From: Eledone cirrhosa
Taxonomy: Eukaryota
Reading direction: 5' to 3'
DNA: 64,000 nt
Assembly: GCA_964016885.1 (NCBI GenBank)
Contig: OZ024742.1
Location: 86,552,001 to 86,616,000 of the forward strand
Shown one piece after another: positions 1-12,500 of the stretch. Below the pieces are notes generated by a model that worked only from the letters and a program-made list of their open reading frames with translations, was not told where the DNA came from and ran no database searches. Position numbers and translations under genes: made by a program. Position 1 is the first letter of the stretch. Every line of letters begins with the position of its first letter.

Positions 1-235
1 ACTGCAAATCCGCTACTGTGTAGGCCACAGTATCTGCATCATCAGTATACAATAACTCACTAACAAGACTGCCAAAAGTGTTGGACTTGGTTTTAACCCA
101 TCTTAGATTAAATACTTTGCCGGAAGTTCTAATTCGCAAGTATACACTGAATTTAAAGACTTGGAAGGCATATGTCAGCAGCACGGCAACATATATTGAA
201 AACAGAGTGGGTGCAGGTATGTTAAACAATGTTTT
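1..235 (-). mobile_element. RTE-clade LINE reverse-transcriptase fragment
   Basis: Minus strand translates as ...PAPTLFSIYVAVLLTYAF...RTSGKVFNLRW...ELLYTDDAD, matching the RTE/BovB pattern (APTLF, GxLFNLxRL, LLxADD). Runs off the window start. Confidence 0.75.
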
Positions 236-255
236 CCACTGAAATTGGCTTTTTA

Positions 256-257
<2 letters not shown>

Positions 258-298
<41 letters not shown>
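258..298. repeat. (AAT)n microsatellite
   Basis: Direct inspection. Confidence 0.95.
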
Positions 299-310
299 GG
301 GAAGAAGAAT

Positions 311-500
311 AATTGTTTCTACTTTTGTCACAAGGCCATAAATTATCCAGTGCATTACTAGTACTTTATTTTATCGACCCCGTAAGGATGAAAGGTAAAG
401 TTAACCTCGGCGGGATTTGAACTCATATCATAAAGGGAGGTAACTCTATGCTACAAAGCATGGTGTCCGACCCTCTACCAATACTGCCAATCCACCACCA
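311..500 (-). mobile_element. tRNA-derived SINE (octopus OK/OR-like)
   Basis: Reverse complement has an A-box-like TGGCAGTATTGG, a B-box GAGTTCAAATC and the core CTTTCATCCTTACGGGGTCGATAAAAT shared by at least 8 other copies in the window. Confidence 0.85.
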
Positions 501-857
501 GTGAAGAAGAATAATAGGGAAGAAGACGCACGGGTGGTAGAAGGTCATGAAATCGCTCCCGTAAGTCTTGAAATTTTAACATATTTAAATCATTTGTGAA
601 ATAACAACTCTTGGTACAAATGTTACGTGAAGCATCCGGCTTGAGCCCCCAAAAAGTTCGGACCCCAAATATATTGCTATAAGGTTCAAATATTCAAATA
701 TTCAACTTTGTATTGTACATTGTATATTCAAAAAAGAAAATGGCTATAAATGGAAGAAGACCCCCCTCCTCTGTCTACACTATATAGAACAGCCAAACAA
801 CACCAATCTCACCAACACCAGAAACTAGATACACCACCTACCCCATCACCTCTCTGT

Positions 858-3800
858 GTACACTAAACACAACAGCCAGATAACGGCAACTTCACCACCA
901 CCACAACCAATCTCAACATAATAATGATAATAATAAATACTATTATTATTGTCCCAAGTTTTAACAAAATGTTTAATACCAACATTAAGGGAATTTATGT
1001 CAACACATGTACGCGACTAACCCCATAGATTCACCGAACGGACATCAGTAACGACAACGCCGCCCATCCATCATTACTACCAATATCCCATCACCGCCGC
1101 CACCACTCCTTCATTGCTACCACAGCTACAACACCATCACTACAGTAATACGATCACATCCCCACCACCACTGCTTCAGTATCGACATCACCACCACCAC
1201 TGTCTCAGTATCGCTACCGCCGCTATTCTCTCCCATTGATTCCTGCTAGTTGCTGCTAGCACAGCACTGCCACCATATTATAGAATTCCTACTAAAAAAG
1301 AGGAAGGCATCAAAATATATAGATAGACTCAAAAGAAAAAACAAAAATCAAAACCAAAGCAGCACAGCAACAACAACAACAAAAAAAGAAAAACAAACAG
1401 AGAAAAACAAAAACAAAAAAAATGTAAAGAAAATAAGAATGAAGAGAGAAACAAGCGGACGGACAGAGAAGAGAAGGGAAAAACTAAGTCAGACATTCGA
1501 ACACTACATTACGACGAAACTTATGCTTATTCATTTTTGGGGGTTTTTCTGCCTGTTTGTTTGTTTGTTTATTTGTGTTCGTCTACAGCGTTGTGATAAT
1601 GCCACACAAGAGCCAAGTGGAGCGAGGCAACCACCGGAGACGGTGAATCCACAGATGGTTATGTAACCGTACATTCGCAAATCCTCGATACGAGTGTTTA
1701 AATATCGAACCTAAACAGTTCGAATAACGGTAAAATGGAGACTAGAACGTCATGTGACAGACTCTCACCCATCAGGTGCTCCCTGGCTCAGCAGCAGGAA
1801 CCTGGCCGTCAACCAAATACTGCTGGTGTCGGAGGAAGAAGAAGAAGGAAAGGGACCAGAACCAACTGGACGAAAGGATTGAATAGAACTGCTATGCAAT
1901 GTTACCTGAAAAGTAACCCCAAGGAGAGGGGCTATAGGAGACGGATGCATAACATCTGGAACGAGATTGGTCTATTTAAATTAGATGAACAAAAATTGGC
2001 CGGGCAGGCTCGGGTAATAAGAACTAATGGGTGGATAAGCGAGCTGGAACTGGAGGAACTGAGCAGAGAGATTAGCTTGGAGATGGAGGATGGAGTATGC
2101 CAGGCAAACGAGCCAGTGGGAAATGAAGGTGAAGAGGTCGAGAGAACGGAGGAACCACCCGAAGCAGACAATGATCGGAATACTGAGATAAATAATACCT
2201 GGAACAGAGATACGGCCACTGAGGAGATGAATGCTGACGGGCAAGCACAAGATTCGGTTGACATCCTAAATTTAGTGGTAGATGAATTGAACAATGATAG
2301 TGGGAGACCTATGAACCTAAGATTTGTAGACAGGAAAAAGTTAAAAGAAACAACAGCTAAGGTAAACAAAGTCATCCCATACCTTGAGGCGAGGAGCCTT
2401 CACCAGTGCAACAATATCCTCAATGCAACAGCAAATACGGTGAGGAAACTACTTGGTATAAAAGCGAGAGGAAACAACAGACAAGAAAGAGCAGAGCCTT
2501 GGTGGAAGAAACGACTGAGTGGTCAAATCAGGGAAATGAGAAATGACATTGGAAAGCTTGAGTCACTACTGAATGGGACACTAAAAACATAGGCACTAAA
2601 ATTAGACTGGAAATAAAGTACAAAACTAGGAGGAAAAAGCTAAATATTATCATAGAGGAACTGGAGCAACGCATTGTAGCAAAGAGTGCAAAAATCAGGC
2701 GATACGAGAACAGAGTCTGTCAGTATAAACAGAACCGCATGTTCGACAACAACCAGAAGATGCTGTTTGGACAGCTTGAGGGGAAAGAAAGAGGCAACGA
2801 CTTGATCCCTGAGGCGGAACAAACTAAAACATTCTGGAGAGGAATATGGGAGCAGGATGTTAGACATAATGACCAGACAGGGTGGATTGAGACAGTACAG
2901 AGGGAGATCGGTGAGCAGGCACACCAACAAACTGATTTGAGTATCACAGTTGAAACTCTTAAGGGGCAGGCCAAAAAGCTAACCAACTGGAAATCACCAG
3001 GCCCAGATGGTGTGCAGGGGAATTGGATTAAAAATATAACATCCCTCCACCCGAAACTGACAACCATGTTCAATATCTGCTTGATGTCAGGTGAGGTACC
3101 AGAGTGGTTGACAAAAGGTACCACAGTTCTAATAATGAAATACCGAATCAAGGGTAATGATGTTACCAACTATAGACGTATCACATGTCTGTCCGTAATG
3201 TGGAAACTGTTGACAAGCATTGTGTCTGAGGAAATCTACCATCACCTCCACACAAACAACTTGTTACCTGACGAACAGAAAGGATGCCGAAGGAGTCAGG
3301 TGGTACAAAGGACCAGTTACTTATTGATAAGATGGTAATGGGGAATTGCAGGAGGAGACACACTGATCTTGCCATGGGATGGATAGACTACAGAAAGGCA
3401 TTTGACATGGTGCCTCATTATTGGATCACCAAAAGCCTGGAGATCTTCAAGGTGGCAGATAACATCAGACAGTTGTTGGGCAAGAGTATGAGGTCCTGGG
3501 AAACAGAGTTGACATCAACTGGAGAATCCTTGGGAAGCGTGAAGATCAAGAGAGGTATCTTCCAGGGAGATAGCATGTCCCCTCTGTTGTTTGTCCTTGC
3601 CCTGATGCCCCTGACCAGTGTACTGCGAAAAGTGAGAGCAGGATACGGGTTGGGAAAGGGAGGGCTTACCATCAATCACCTCCTCATCATGGACGATCTT
3701 AAGCTCTTCGGGAAGAGTGAGAAGGAGTTGGATGTGCTTGTTGACACTGTCCGTATTTTCAGCAGTGATATATGTATGCAGTTTGGTATTAGTAAGTGTG

Positions 3801-5199
3801 GAGTCATTGTGATGAGGAGGGGTAGGTTGAGCAGAAGTAACGGAATCCAGATACCAACAGGTGAGATGATAAAGGAAATTGACTCTGAGGAAGGATACAA
3901 TTATTTGGGCGTTCTGGAGGCTGATGGCATAAAGAACAAAAAAAAATGAAGGAATTGTTAAGAACTGAATACATTCGGAGAGAAAGGAGCGTATTGAAGT
4001 CACATCTGAACAGCAGAAATGCCATAAGCGCAGTAAATTCCCGAGCTGTGTCTATTATTAGGTACAGTGCGGGAATTCTGAGATGGAATGTTGCTGAACA
4101 AAAAGAAATGGATAGGAAGACTAGGAAGCTATTGACTATCTACAACATGTTCCACAAGAGGAGTGATGTCGATAGACTCTACCTAAGGAGATCTGAGGGT
4201 GGAAGAGGTCTTATCAGCATAGAGGACTGTGTTCAGATCGAGAAAAACAACCTACACAAATACGTGACTGATAGTAAGGAGCCAATGCTCAGAACTGTAC
4301 TGAAGGAGGGGACAATAGGCCAGGGGATGTCCAAGGAGGAATAACATCAAGGAGAAGAGCAGCCTTCAGGAAAATCCCTTCATAGTAACTTCTTTGAGAA
4401 AACTGAATTTAGAGATCCACAGACATGGAACTGGTTGAGAAGAGGAGACCTTATAAAGGCTACAGAAGGAATGTTAATGGCTGCGCTGGAGCAGGTCCTC
4501 AAAACGAAGTGGTTGAAACACCATATTTACAAGGAGGACGCTAGCCCACTGTGCAGGATCTGTGGAGAGAGAGAGGAGACTGTGGCTCACATTGTATCCG
4601 AGTGCAAACACCTAGCCCAGACCCACTATAAGGGCTGGAGACATGATGTGATGGGCAGGGTGATCCACTGGCACCTGTGCAAAGAAAACAATTTATCACA
4701 TTCTGAGAAATGGTATGAGCATAAGCCAGAGGCGGTGATGGAGGACGGTCAGGTGAAGGTGCTGTGAGATTTTAGGATACAGACGGACAAGAAACTGGAA
4801 CACAATAGACCTGACCTGGTGGTTGTGGACAAAGAAAAAAGATCGTGTCTGATTGTGGATGTGGCCTGCCCATTCGACACGAGAGTGCAAGAGAAGGAGA
4901 GGGAGAAAATTAACCGATACCAGGACTTAAAGTGGGAGGTAAAAACGATTTGGAACTGCCATGAAGTCAAAGTGATCACGATTGTCATAGGCGCACTGGG
5001 GACTATCTCCAAAAGTTTCTAGGGATGGTTAAAGAAAATCGGCCCCTTCACGCTTTTTGGAACGCTTCAAAAGGCATGCTTGCTGGGAACAGCAAGAACC
5101 CTCCGATACGTCCTGAATATCTGAGGCTGCAGGTAGTGGCTTGATATTCATTCCAACGGACTTTCCGGTTAACTAACATCAATGACTGAGACTCAAGGA
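858..5199 (+). mobile_element. R4/Dong-clade non-LTR retrotransposon, copy 1 (decayed)
   Basis: Broken ORF pieces 1735-5124 carry RT motifs ([22 protein letters not shown]), a CCHC finger (CRICG...HIVSEC), RHD and the RLE PD..D motif. Several stops and frameshifts. Ends in an (AAC/AAT)n tract. 5' boundary approximate. Confidence 0.9.
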
Positions 5200-5213
5200 G
5201 TAATAACAACAAC

Positions 5214-5251
<38 letters not shown>

Positions 5252-5254
<3 letters not shown>

Positions 5255-8200
5255 ACTAAACACAACAGCATTTTCACCTTCACCGCCACCGCTCACTACG
5301 GCCATCATTACCACCACTATCCCATCACCGCCGCCACCACCCCCTGACTCCTTCGCTGCTGCTGTCACCGCTACAGCACCATCACTACAGTAATACGGTC
5401 GCATCACCGCCACCACTGCCTCGGTATCGACATCACCGCCACCACTGTCTCAGTATCGCCAACGCCGCTAGTCTCTGCTGGCTACCACTTCCACATTATA
5501 GAATTCCTACTACCAACAAAGAGGAAGGCATCAAAATATATAGATAGACTCAAAAGAAAAAAGAAAAAACAAACAACAAAAGCAGCACAGCAACAACAGT
5601 AAAAAACGAGAAAAACAGAGAAAAACAAAAACAAAAAAAGAAACCCCAAAAACGTAAAGAAAATAAGAATGAAGAGAGAAGCAGGCGGACGGACAGAGAA
5701 GAGGGGGGAAAAAGTAAAACTTAAAAAACAAAAACTAAGTCAGACATTCGAATACTACATTACAATGAAACTTATGCTTATTCATTTTTGGGGCCCTTTC
5801 TGCCCGTGTGTTTGTTTGTTTATGTGTGTCCGTATACAGCGTGGTGATAATGCCACACAAGGGCCAAGTGGGATGGCGGATCCACAGATGGCTATGTAAA
5901 CATACATTCGCCAATCCTCGATAAGAGTGTTTAAATATCGAACATAAACAGTTCGAATAACGGTGAAATGGAGACTAGAACGTCATGTGACAGACTCTCA
6001 CCCAACAGGTGCCCCCTGGCTCAGCAGCAGGAACCTGACTGTCAACGAAATACTGCTGATGTTGGAGGAAGAAGAAGAAGGAAAGGGGCCAGAACCAACT
6101 GGACGAAAGAATTGAATAGAACTGTTATGCAATGCTACCTGAAAAGTAACCCCAAGGAGAGGGGCTACAGGAGACGGATGCATAACATCTGGAACGAGAT
6201 TGGTTTATTTAAATTAGATGAACAAAAATTGGCCGGGCAGGCTCGGGTAATAAGAACTAATGGGTGGATAAGCGAGCTGGAACTGGAGGAACTGAGCAGA
6301 GAGAATGGCTTGGAGATGGCGGGTGTAGTATGCCAGACAAGCGAGCCGGCGGGAAATGAAGGTGAGGAGGTCCTGAGAGCGGAGGAACCACCCGAAGCAG
6401 ACAATGATCTGAATACTGAGATAAATAATACCTGGAACAGAGATACGGCCACTGAGGAGATGAATGCTGACGGGCTAGGACAAGATTCGGTTGACATCCT
6501 AAATTTAGTGGTAGATGAGTTGAACAATGATAGTGGGAGACCTATGAACCTAAGATTTGTAGACAGGAAAAAGTTAAAAGAAACAACAGCTAAGGTAAAC
6601 AAAGTCATCCCATACCTTGAGGCGAGGAGTCTTCACCAGTGCAACAATATCCTCAAAGCAACAGCAAATACGGTGAGGAAACTACTTGGTATAAAAGCGA
6701 GAGGAAACAACAGACAAGAAAGAGCAGAACCGTGGTGGAAGAAGCGACTGAGTGGGCAAATCGGGGAAATGAGAAATGACATAGGAAAGCTTGAGTCACT
6801 ACTGAATGGGACACTAAAAAACATAGGCACTAAAAATAGACTGGAAATAAAATACAAAACTAGGAGTAAAAAGCTAAATATTATCATAGAGGAATTGAAG
6901 CAACGCATTGTAGCAAAGAGTGCCAAAATCAGGCGATACGAGAACAGAGTCAGTCAGTATAAACAGAACCGCATGTTCGACAACAACCAGAAGATGCTGT
7001 TTGGACAGCTTGAGGGGAAAGAAAGAGGCACCGACTTGATCCCTGGGGCGGAACAAGCTAAAACATTCTGGAGAGGAATATGGGAGCAGGATGTTAGACA
7101 CAATGCCCAGGCAGGGTGGATTGAGACAGTACAGAGGGAGATCGGTGAGCAGGCACAGCAACAGACTGATTTGAGTATCACAGTTGAAACTCTTAAGGGG
7201 CAAGCCAAAAAACTAACCAACTGGAAATCACCAGGCCCAGATGGTGTGCAGGGGTATTGGATTAAACATTTAACATCCCTCCACCCGAAGCTGACGGCCA
7301 TGTTCAATGACTGCTTGGTGTCGGGTGAGGTGCCAGAGTGGTTGACAAAAGGTACCACAGTTCTGATAATGAAAGACCGAATCAAGGGTAATGATGTTAC
7401 CAACTATAGACCTATCACATGTCTGCCCGTAATGTGGAAACTGTTGACGAGCATTGTGTCTGGGGAAATCTACCATCACCTCCACACAAACAACTTGTTG
7501 CCGGACGAACAGAAAGGATGCCGAAAGAAGTCACGTGGTACAAAGGACCAGTTGCTTATTGATAAGATGGTAATGGGGAATTGCAGGAGGAGACACACTG
7601 ATCTTGCCATGGGATGGATAGACTACAGAAAGGCATTTGACATGGTGCCTCATTCCTGGATCACCAAAAGCCTGGAGATCTTCAGGGTGGCAGATAACAT
7701 CAGACAGTTGCTGGGCAGGAGTATGGGGTCCTGGGAGACAGAGTTGACATCAACTGGAGTATCCTTGGGAAGCGTGAAGATCAAGAGAGGTATCTTCCAG
7801 GGAGATAGCCTGTCCCCTCTGTTGTTTGTCCTTGCCCTGATGCCCTTGACCATTATGCTGCGAAAAGTGAGAGCAGGATACAAGTTGGGAAGGGGAGAGC
7901 TTACCATCAATCACCTCCTCTTCATGGACGATCTTAAGCTCTTCGGGAAAAGTGAGAAGGAGTTGGATGTGCTTGTTGACACTGTCCGTATTTTCAGCAG
8001 TGATATATGTATGCAGTTTGGTATTGGTAAATGTGGAGTCATTGTGATGAGGAGGGGTAGGTTGAGCAGAAGTAACGGGATCCAGATACCAACAGGTGAG
8101 ATGATAAAGGAAATTGACTCTGAGGAAGGATACAAGTATTTGGGCGTTCTGGAGGCTGATGGCATAAAGAACAAAAAAATGAAGGAATTGTTAAGAACTG

Positions 8201-9437
8201 AATACATTCGGAGAGTAAGGAGCGTATTGAAGTCACATCTGAACAGCAGAAATGCCATAAGCGCAGTAAATTCCCGAGCTGTGTCTATTATTAGGTACAG
8301 TGCGGGAATTCTGAGATGGAATGTTGCTGAACAAAAAGAAATGGATAGGAAGACTAGGAAGCTATTGACTATCTACAACATGTTCCACAAGAGGAGTGAT
8401 GTCGATAGACTCTACCTAAGGAGATCTGAGGGTGGAAGAGGTCTTATCAGCATAGAGGACTGTGTTCAGATGGAGAAAAACAACCTATACAAATACGTGA
8501 CCTATAGTAAGGAGCCAATGCTCAGAGCTGTACTGAAGGAGGGGACAGTAGGCCAGGGGATACCCAAGGAGGAAATAACATCAAGGAGGAAGAGCAGCCT
8601 TAAGGGAAAATCCCTTCATAGTACCTTCTTTGAGAAAACTGAATTTAGAGATCCACAGACATGGAACTGGTTGAGAAGAGGAGACCTCAAAAAGGCTACA
8701 GAAGGAATGCTAATGGCTGCGCAGGAGCAGGCCCTCAAAACGAAGTGGTTGAAGCACCATATCTACAAGGAGGAGGCTAGCCCACTGTGCAGGATCTGTG
8801 GAGAGAGAGAGGAGACTGTGGCTCACATTGTGTCCGAGTGTAAACACCTAGCCCAGACCCACTATAAGGGCTGGAGACACGATGTGATGGGCAGGGTGAT
8901 CCACTGGCACCTGTGCAAAGTAAACAATCTACCACATTCTGAGAAATGGTATGAGCATAGGCCAGAGGCGGTGATGGAGAACACTCAGGTGAAGGTGCTG
9001 TGGGATTTTAGGATACAGACGGACAAAAAAAACTGGAACACAATAGACCTGACCTGGTGGTTGTGGACAAAGAAAAAAGATCGTGCCTGATTGTGGATGT
9101 GGCCTGCCCGTTCGACACGAGAGTGCAAGAGAAGGAGAGGGAGAAAATTAACCGATACCAGGACTTAAAGTGGGAGGTAAAAACGATTTGGAACTGCCAT
9201 GAAGTCAAAGTGATCACGATTGTCATAGGCGCACTGGGGACTATCTCCAAAAGTTTCTAGGGATGGTTAAAGAAAATCGGCCCCTTCACGCTTTTTGGAA
9301 CGCTTCAAAAGGCATGCTTGCTGGGAACAGCAAGAACCCTCCGATACGTCCTGAATATCTGAGGCTGCAGGTAGTGGCTTGATATTCATTCCAACGGACT
9401 TTCCGGTTAACTAACATCAATGACTGAGACTCAAGGA
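5252..9437 (+). mobile_element. R4/Dong-clade non-LTR retrotransposon, copy 2
   Basis: Flanked by (AAT)n on both sides; ~715-nt 5' leader, long ORF, and short 3' UTR ending ...gactcaagg. Confidence 0.93.
5968..9090 (+). CDS. R4/Dong RT protein (N-terminal R4-type domain, RT, CCHC); RLE endonuclease frameshifted
   Basis: 1040-aa ORF: [50 protein letters not shown]. An A8 run near 9025-9032 shifts the RPDLVV..DVACP endonuclease into another frame, which also has a TAG at 9258-9260. Confidence 0.9.
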   Translation: METRTSCDRLSPNRCPLAQQQEPDCQRNTADVGGRRRRKGARTNWTKELNRTVMQCYLKSNPKERGYRRRMHNIWNEIGLFKLDEQKLAGQARVIRTNGWISELELEELSRENGLEMAGVVCQTSEPAGNEGEEVLRAEEPPEADNDLNTEINNTWNRDTATEEMNADGLGQDSVDILNLVVDELNNDSGRPMNLRFVDRKKLKETTAKVNKVIPYLEARSLHQCNNILKATANTVRKLLGIKARGNNRQERAEPWWKKRLSGQIGEMRNDIGKLESLLNGTLKNIGTKNRLEIKYKTRSKKLNIIIEELKQRIVAKSAKIRRYENRVSQYKQNRMFDNNQKMLFGQLEGKERGTDLIPGAEQAKTFWRGIWEQDVRHNAQAGWIETVQREIGEQAQQQTDLSITVETLKGQAKKLTNWKSPGPDGVQGYWIKHLTSLHPKLTAMFNDCLVSGEVPEWLTKGTTVLIMKDRIKGNDVTNYRPITCLPVMWKLLTSIVSGEIYHHLHTNNLLPDEQKGCRKKSRGTKDQLLIDKMVMGNCRRRHTDLAMGWIDYRKAFDMVPHSWITKSLEIFRVADNIRQLLGRSMGSWETELTSTGVSLGSVKIKRGIFQGDSLSPLLFVLALMPLTIMLRKVRAGYKLGRGELTINHLLFMDDLKLFGKSEKELDVLVDTVRIFSSDICMQFGIGKCGVIVMRRGRLSRSNGIQIPTGEMIKEIDSEEGYKYLGVLEADGIKNKKMKELLRTEYIRRVRSVLKSHLNSRNAISAVNSRAVSIIRYSAGILRWNVAEQKEMDRKTRKLLTIYNMFHKRSDVDRLYLRRSEGGRGLISIEDCVQMEKNNLYKYVTYSKEPMLRAVLKEGTVGQGIPKEEITSRRKSSLKGKSLHSTFFEKTEFRDPQTWNWLRRGDLKKATEGMLMAAQEQALKTKWLKHHIYKEEASPLCRICGEREETVAHIVSECKHLAQTHYKGWRHDVMGRVIHWHLCKVNNLPHSEKWYEHRPEAVMENTQVKVLWDFRIQTDKKNWNTIDLTWWLWTKKKDRA

Positions 9438-9451
9438 GTAATAACAACAAC

Positions 9452-9498
<47 letters not shown>

Positions 9499-9501
<3 letters not shown>

Positions 9502-12500
9502 ACTAAACACAACAGCATTTTCACCTTCACCGCCACCGCTCACTACGGCCATCATTACCACCACTATCCCATCACCGCCGCCACCACCCCCTGACTCCTT
9601 CGCTGCTGCTGTCACCGCTACAGCACCATCACTACAGTAATACGGTCGCATCACCGCCACCACTGCCTCGGTATCGACATCACCGCCACCACTGTCTCAG
9701 TATCGCCAACGCCGCTAGTCTCTGCTGGCTACCACTTCCACATTATAGAATTCCTACTACCAACAAAGAGGAAGGCATCAAAATATATAGATAGACTCAA
9801 AAGAAAAAAGAAAAAACAAACAACAAAAGCAGCACAGCAACAACAGTAAAAAACGAGAAAAACAGAGAAAAACAAAAACAAAAAAAGAAACCCCAAAAAC
9901 GTAAAGAAAATAAGAATGAAGAGAGAAGCAGGCGGACGGACAGAGAAGAGGGGGGAAAAAGTAAAACTTAAAAAACAAAAACTAAGTCAGACATTCGAAT
10001 ACTACATTACAATGAAACTTATGCTTATTCATTTTTGGGGCCCTTTCTGCCCGTGTGTTTGTTTGTTTATGTGTGTCCGTATACAGCGTGGTGATAATGC
10101 CACACAAGGGCCAAGTGGGATGGCGGATCCACAGATGGCTATGTAAACATACATTCGCCAATCCTCGATAAGAGTGTTTAAATATCGAACATAAACAGTT
10201 CGAATAACGGTGAAATGGAGACTAGAACGTCATGTGACAGACTCTCACCCAACAGGTGCCCCCTGGCTCAGCAGCAGGAACCTGACTGTCAACGAAATAC
10301 TGCTGATGTTGGAGGAAGAAGAAGAAGGAAAGGGGCCAGAACCAACTGGACGAAAGAATTGAATAGAACTGTTATGCAATGCTACCTGAAAAGTAACCCC
10401 AAGGAGAGGGGCTACAGGAGACGGATGCATAACATCTGGAACGAGATTGGTTTATTTAAATTAGATGAACAAAAATTGGCCGGGCAGGCTCGGGTAATAA
10501 GAACTAATGGGTGGATAAGCGAGCTGGAACTGGAGGAACTGAGCAGAGAGAATGGCTTGGAGATGGCGGGTGTAGTATGCCAGACAAGCGAGCCGGCGGG
10601 AAATGAAGGTGAGGAGGTCCTGAGAGCGGAGGAACCACCCGAAGCAGACAATGATCTGAATACTGAGATAAATAATACCTGGAACAGAGATACGGCCACT
10701 GAGGAGATGAATGCTGACGGGCTAGGACAAGATTCGGTTGACATCCTAAATTTAGTGGTAGATGAGTTGAACAATGATAGTGGGAGACCTATGAACCTAA
10801 GATTTGTAGACAGGAAAAAGTTAAAAGAAACAACAGCTAAGGTAAACAAAGTCATCCCATACCTTGAGGCGAGGAGTCTTCACCAGTGCAACAATATCCT
10901 CAAAGCAACAGCAAATACGGTGAGGAAACTACTTGGTATAAAAGCGAGAGGAAACAACAGACAAGAAAGAGCAGAACCGTGGTGGAAGAAGCGACTGAGT
11001 GGGCAAATCGGGGAAATGAGAAATGACATAGGAAAGCTTGAGTCACTACTGAATGGGACACTAAAAAACATAGGCACTAAAAATAGACTGGAAATAAAAT
11101 ACAAAACTAGGAGTAAAAAGCTAAATATTATCATAGAGGAATTGAAGCAACGCATTGTAGCAAAGAGTGCCAAAATCAGGCGATACGAGAACAGAGTCAG
11201 TCAGTATAAACAGAACCGCATGTTCGACAACAACCAGAAGATGCTGTTTGGACAGCTTGAGGGGAAAGAAAGAGGCACCGACTTGATCCCTGGGGCGGAA
11301 CAAGCTAAAACATTCTGGAGAGGAATATGGGAGCAGGATGTTAGACACAATGCCCAGGCAGGGTGGATTGAGACAGTACAGAGGGAGATCGGTGAGCAGG
11401 CACAGCAACAGACTGATTTGAGTATCACAGTTGAAACTCTTAAGGGGCAAGCCAAAAAACTAACCAACTGGAAATCACCAGGCCCAGATGGTGTGCAGGG
11501 GTATTGGATTAAACATTTAACATCCCTCCACCCGAAGCTGACGGCCATGTTCAATGACTGCTTGGTGTCGGGTGAGGTGCCAGAGTGGTTGACAAAAGGT
11601 ACCACAGTTCTGATAATGAAAGACCGAATCAAGGGTAATGATGTTACCAACTATAGACCTATCACATGTCTGCCCGTAATGTGGAAACTGTTGACGAGCA
11701 TTGTGTCTGAGGAAATCTACCATCACCTCCACACAAACAACTTGTTGCCGGACGAACAGAAAGGATGCCGAAAGAAGTCACGTGGTACAAAGGACCAGTT
11801 GCTTATTGATAAGATGGTAATGGGGAATTGCAGGAGGAGACACACTGATCTTGCCATGGGATGGATAGACTACAGAAAGGCATTTGACATGGTGCCTCAT
11901 TCCTGGATCACCAAAAGCCTGGAGATCTTCAGGGTGGCAGATAACATCAGACAGTTGCTGGGCAGGAGTATGGGGTCCTGGGAGACAGAGTTGACATCAA
12001 CTGGAGTATCCTTGGGAAGCGTGAAGATCAAGAGAGGTATCTTCCAGGGAGATAGCCTGTCCCCTCTGTTGTTTGTCCTTGCCCTGATGCCCTTGACCAT
12101 TATGCTGCGAAAAGTGAGAGCAGGATACAAGTTGGGAAGGGGAGAGCTTACCATCAATCACCTCCTCTTCATGGACGATCTTAAGCTCTTCGGGAAAAGT
12201 GAGAAGGAGTTGGATGTGCTTGTTGACACTGTCCGTATTTTCAGCAGTGATATATGTATGCAGTTTGGTATTGGTAAATGTGGAGTCATTGTGATGAGGA
12301 GGGGTAGGTTGAGCAGAAGTAACGGGATCCAGATACCAACAGGTGAGATGATAAAGGAAATTGACTCTGAGGAAGGATACAAGTATTTGGGCGTTCTGGA
12401 GGCTGATGGCATAAAGAACAAAAAAATGAAGGAATTGTTAAGAACTGAATACATTCGGAGAGTAAGGAGCGTATTGAAGTCACATCTGAACAGCAGAAAT

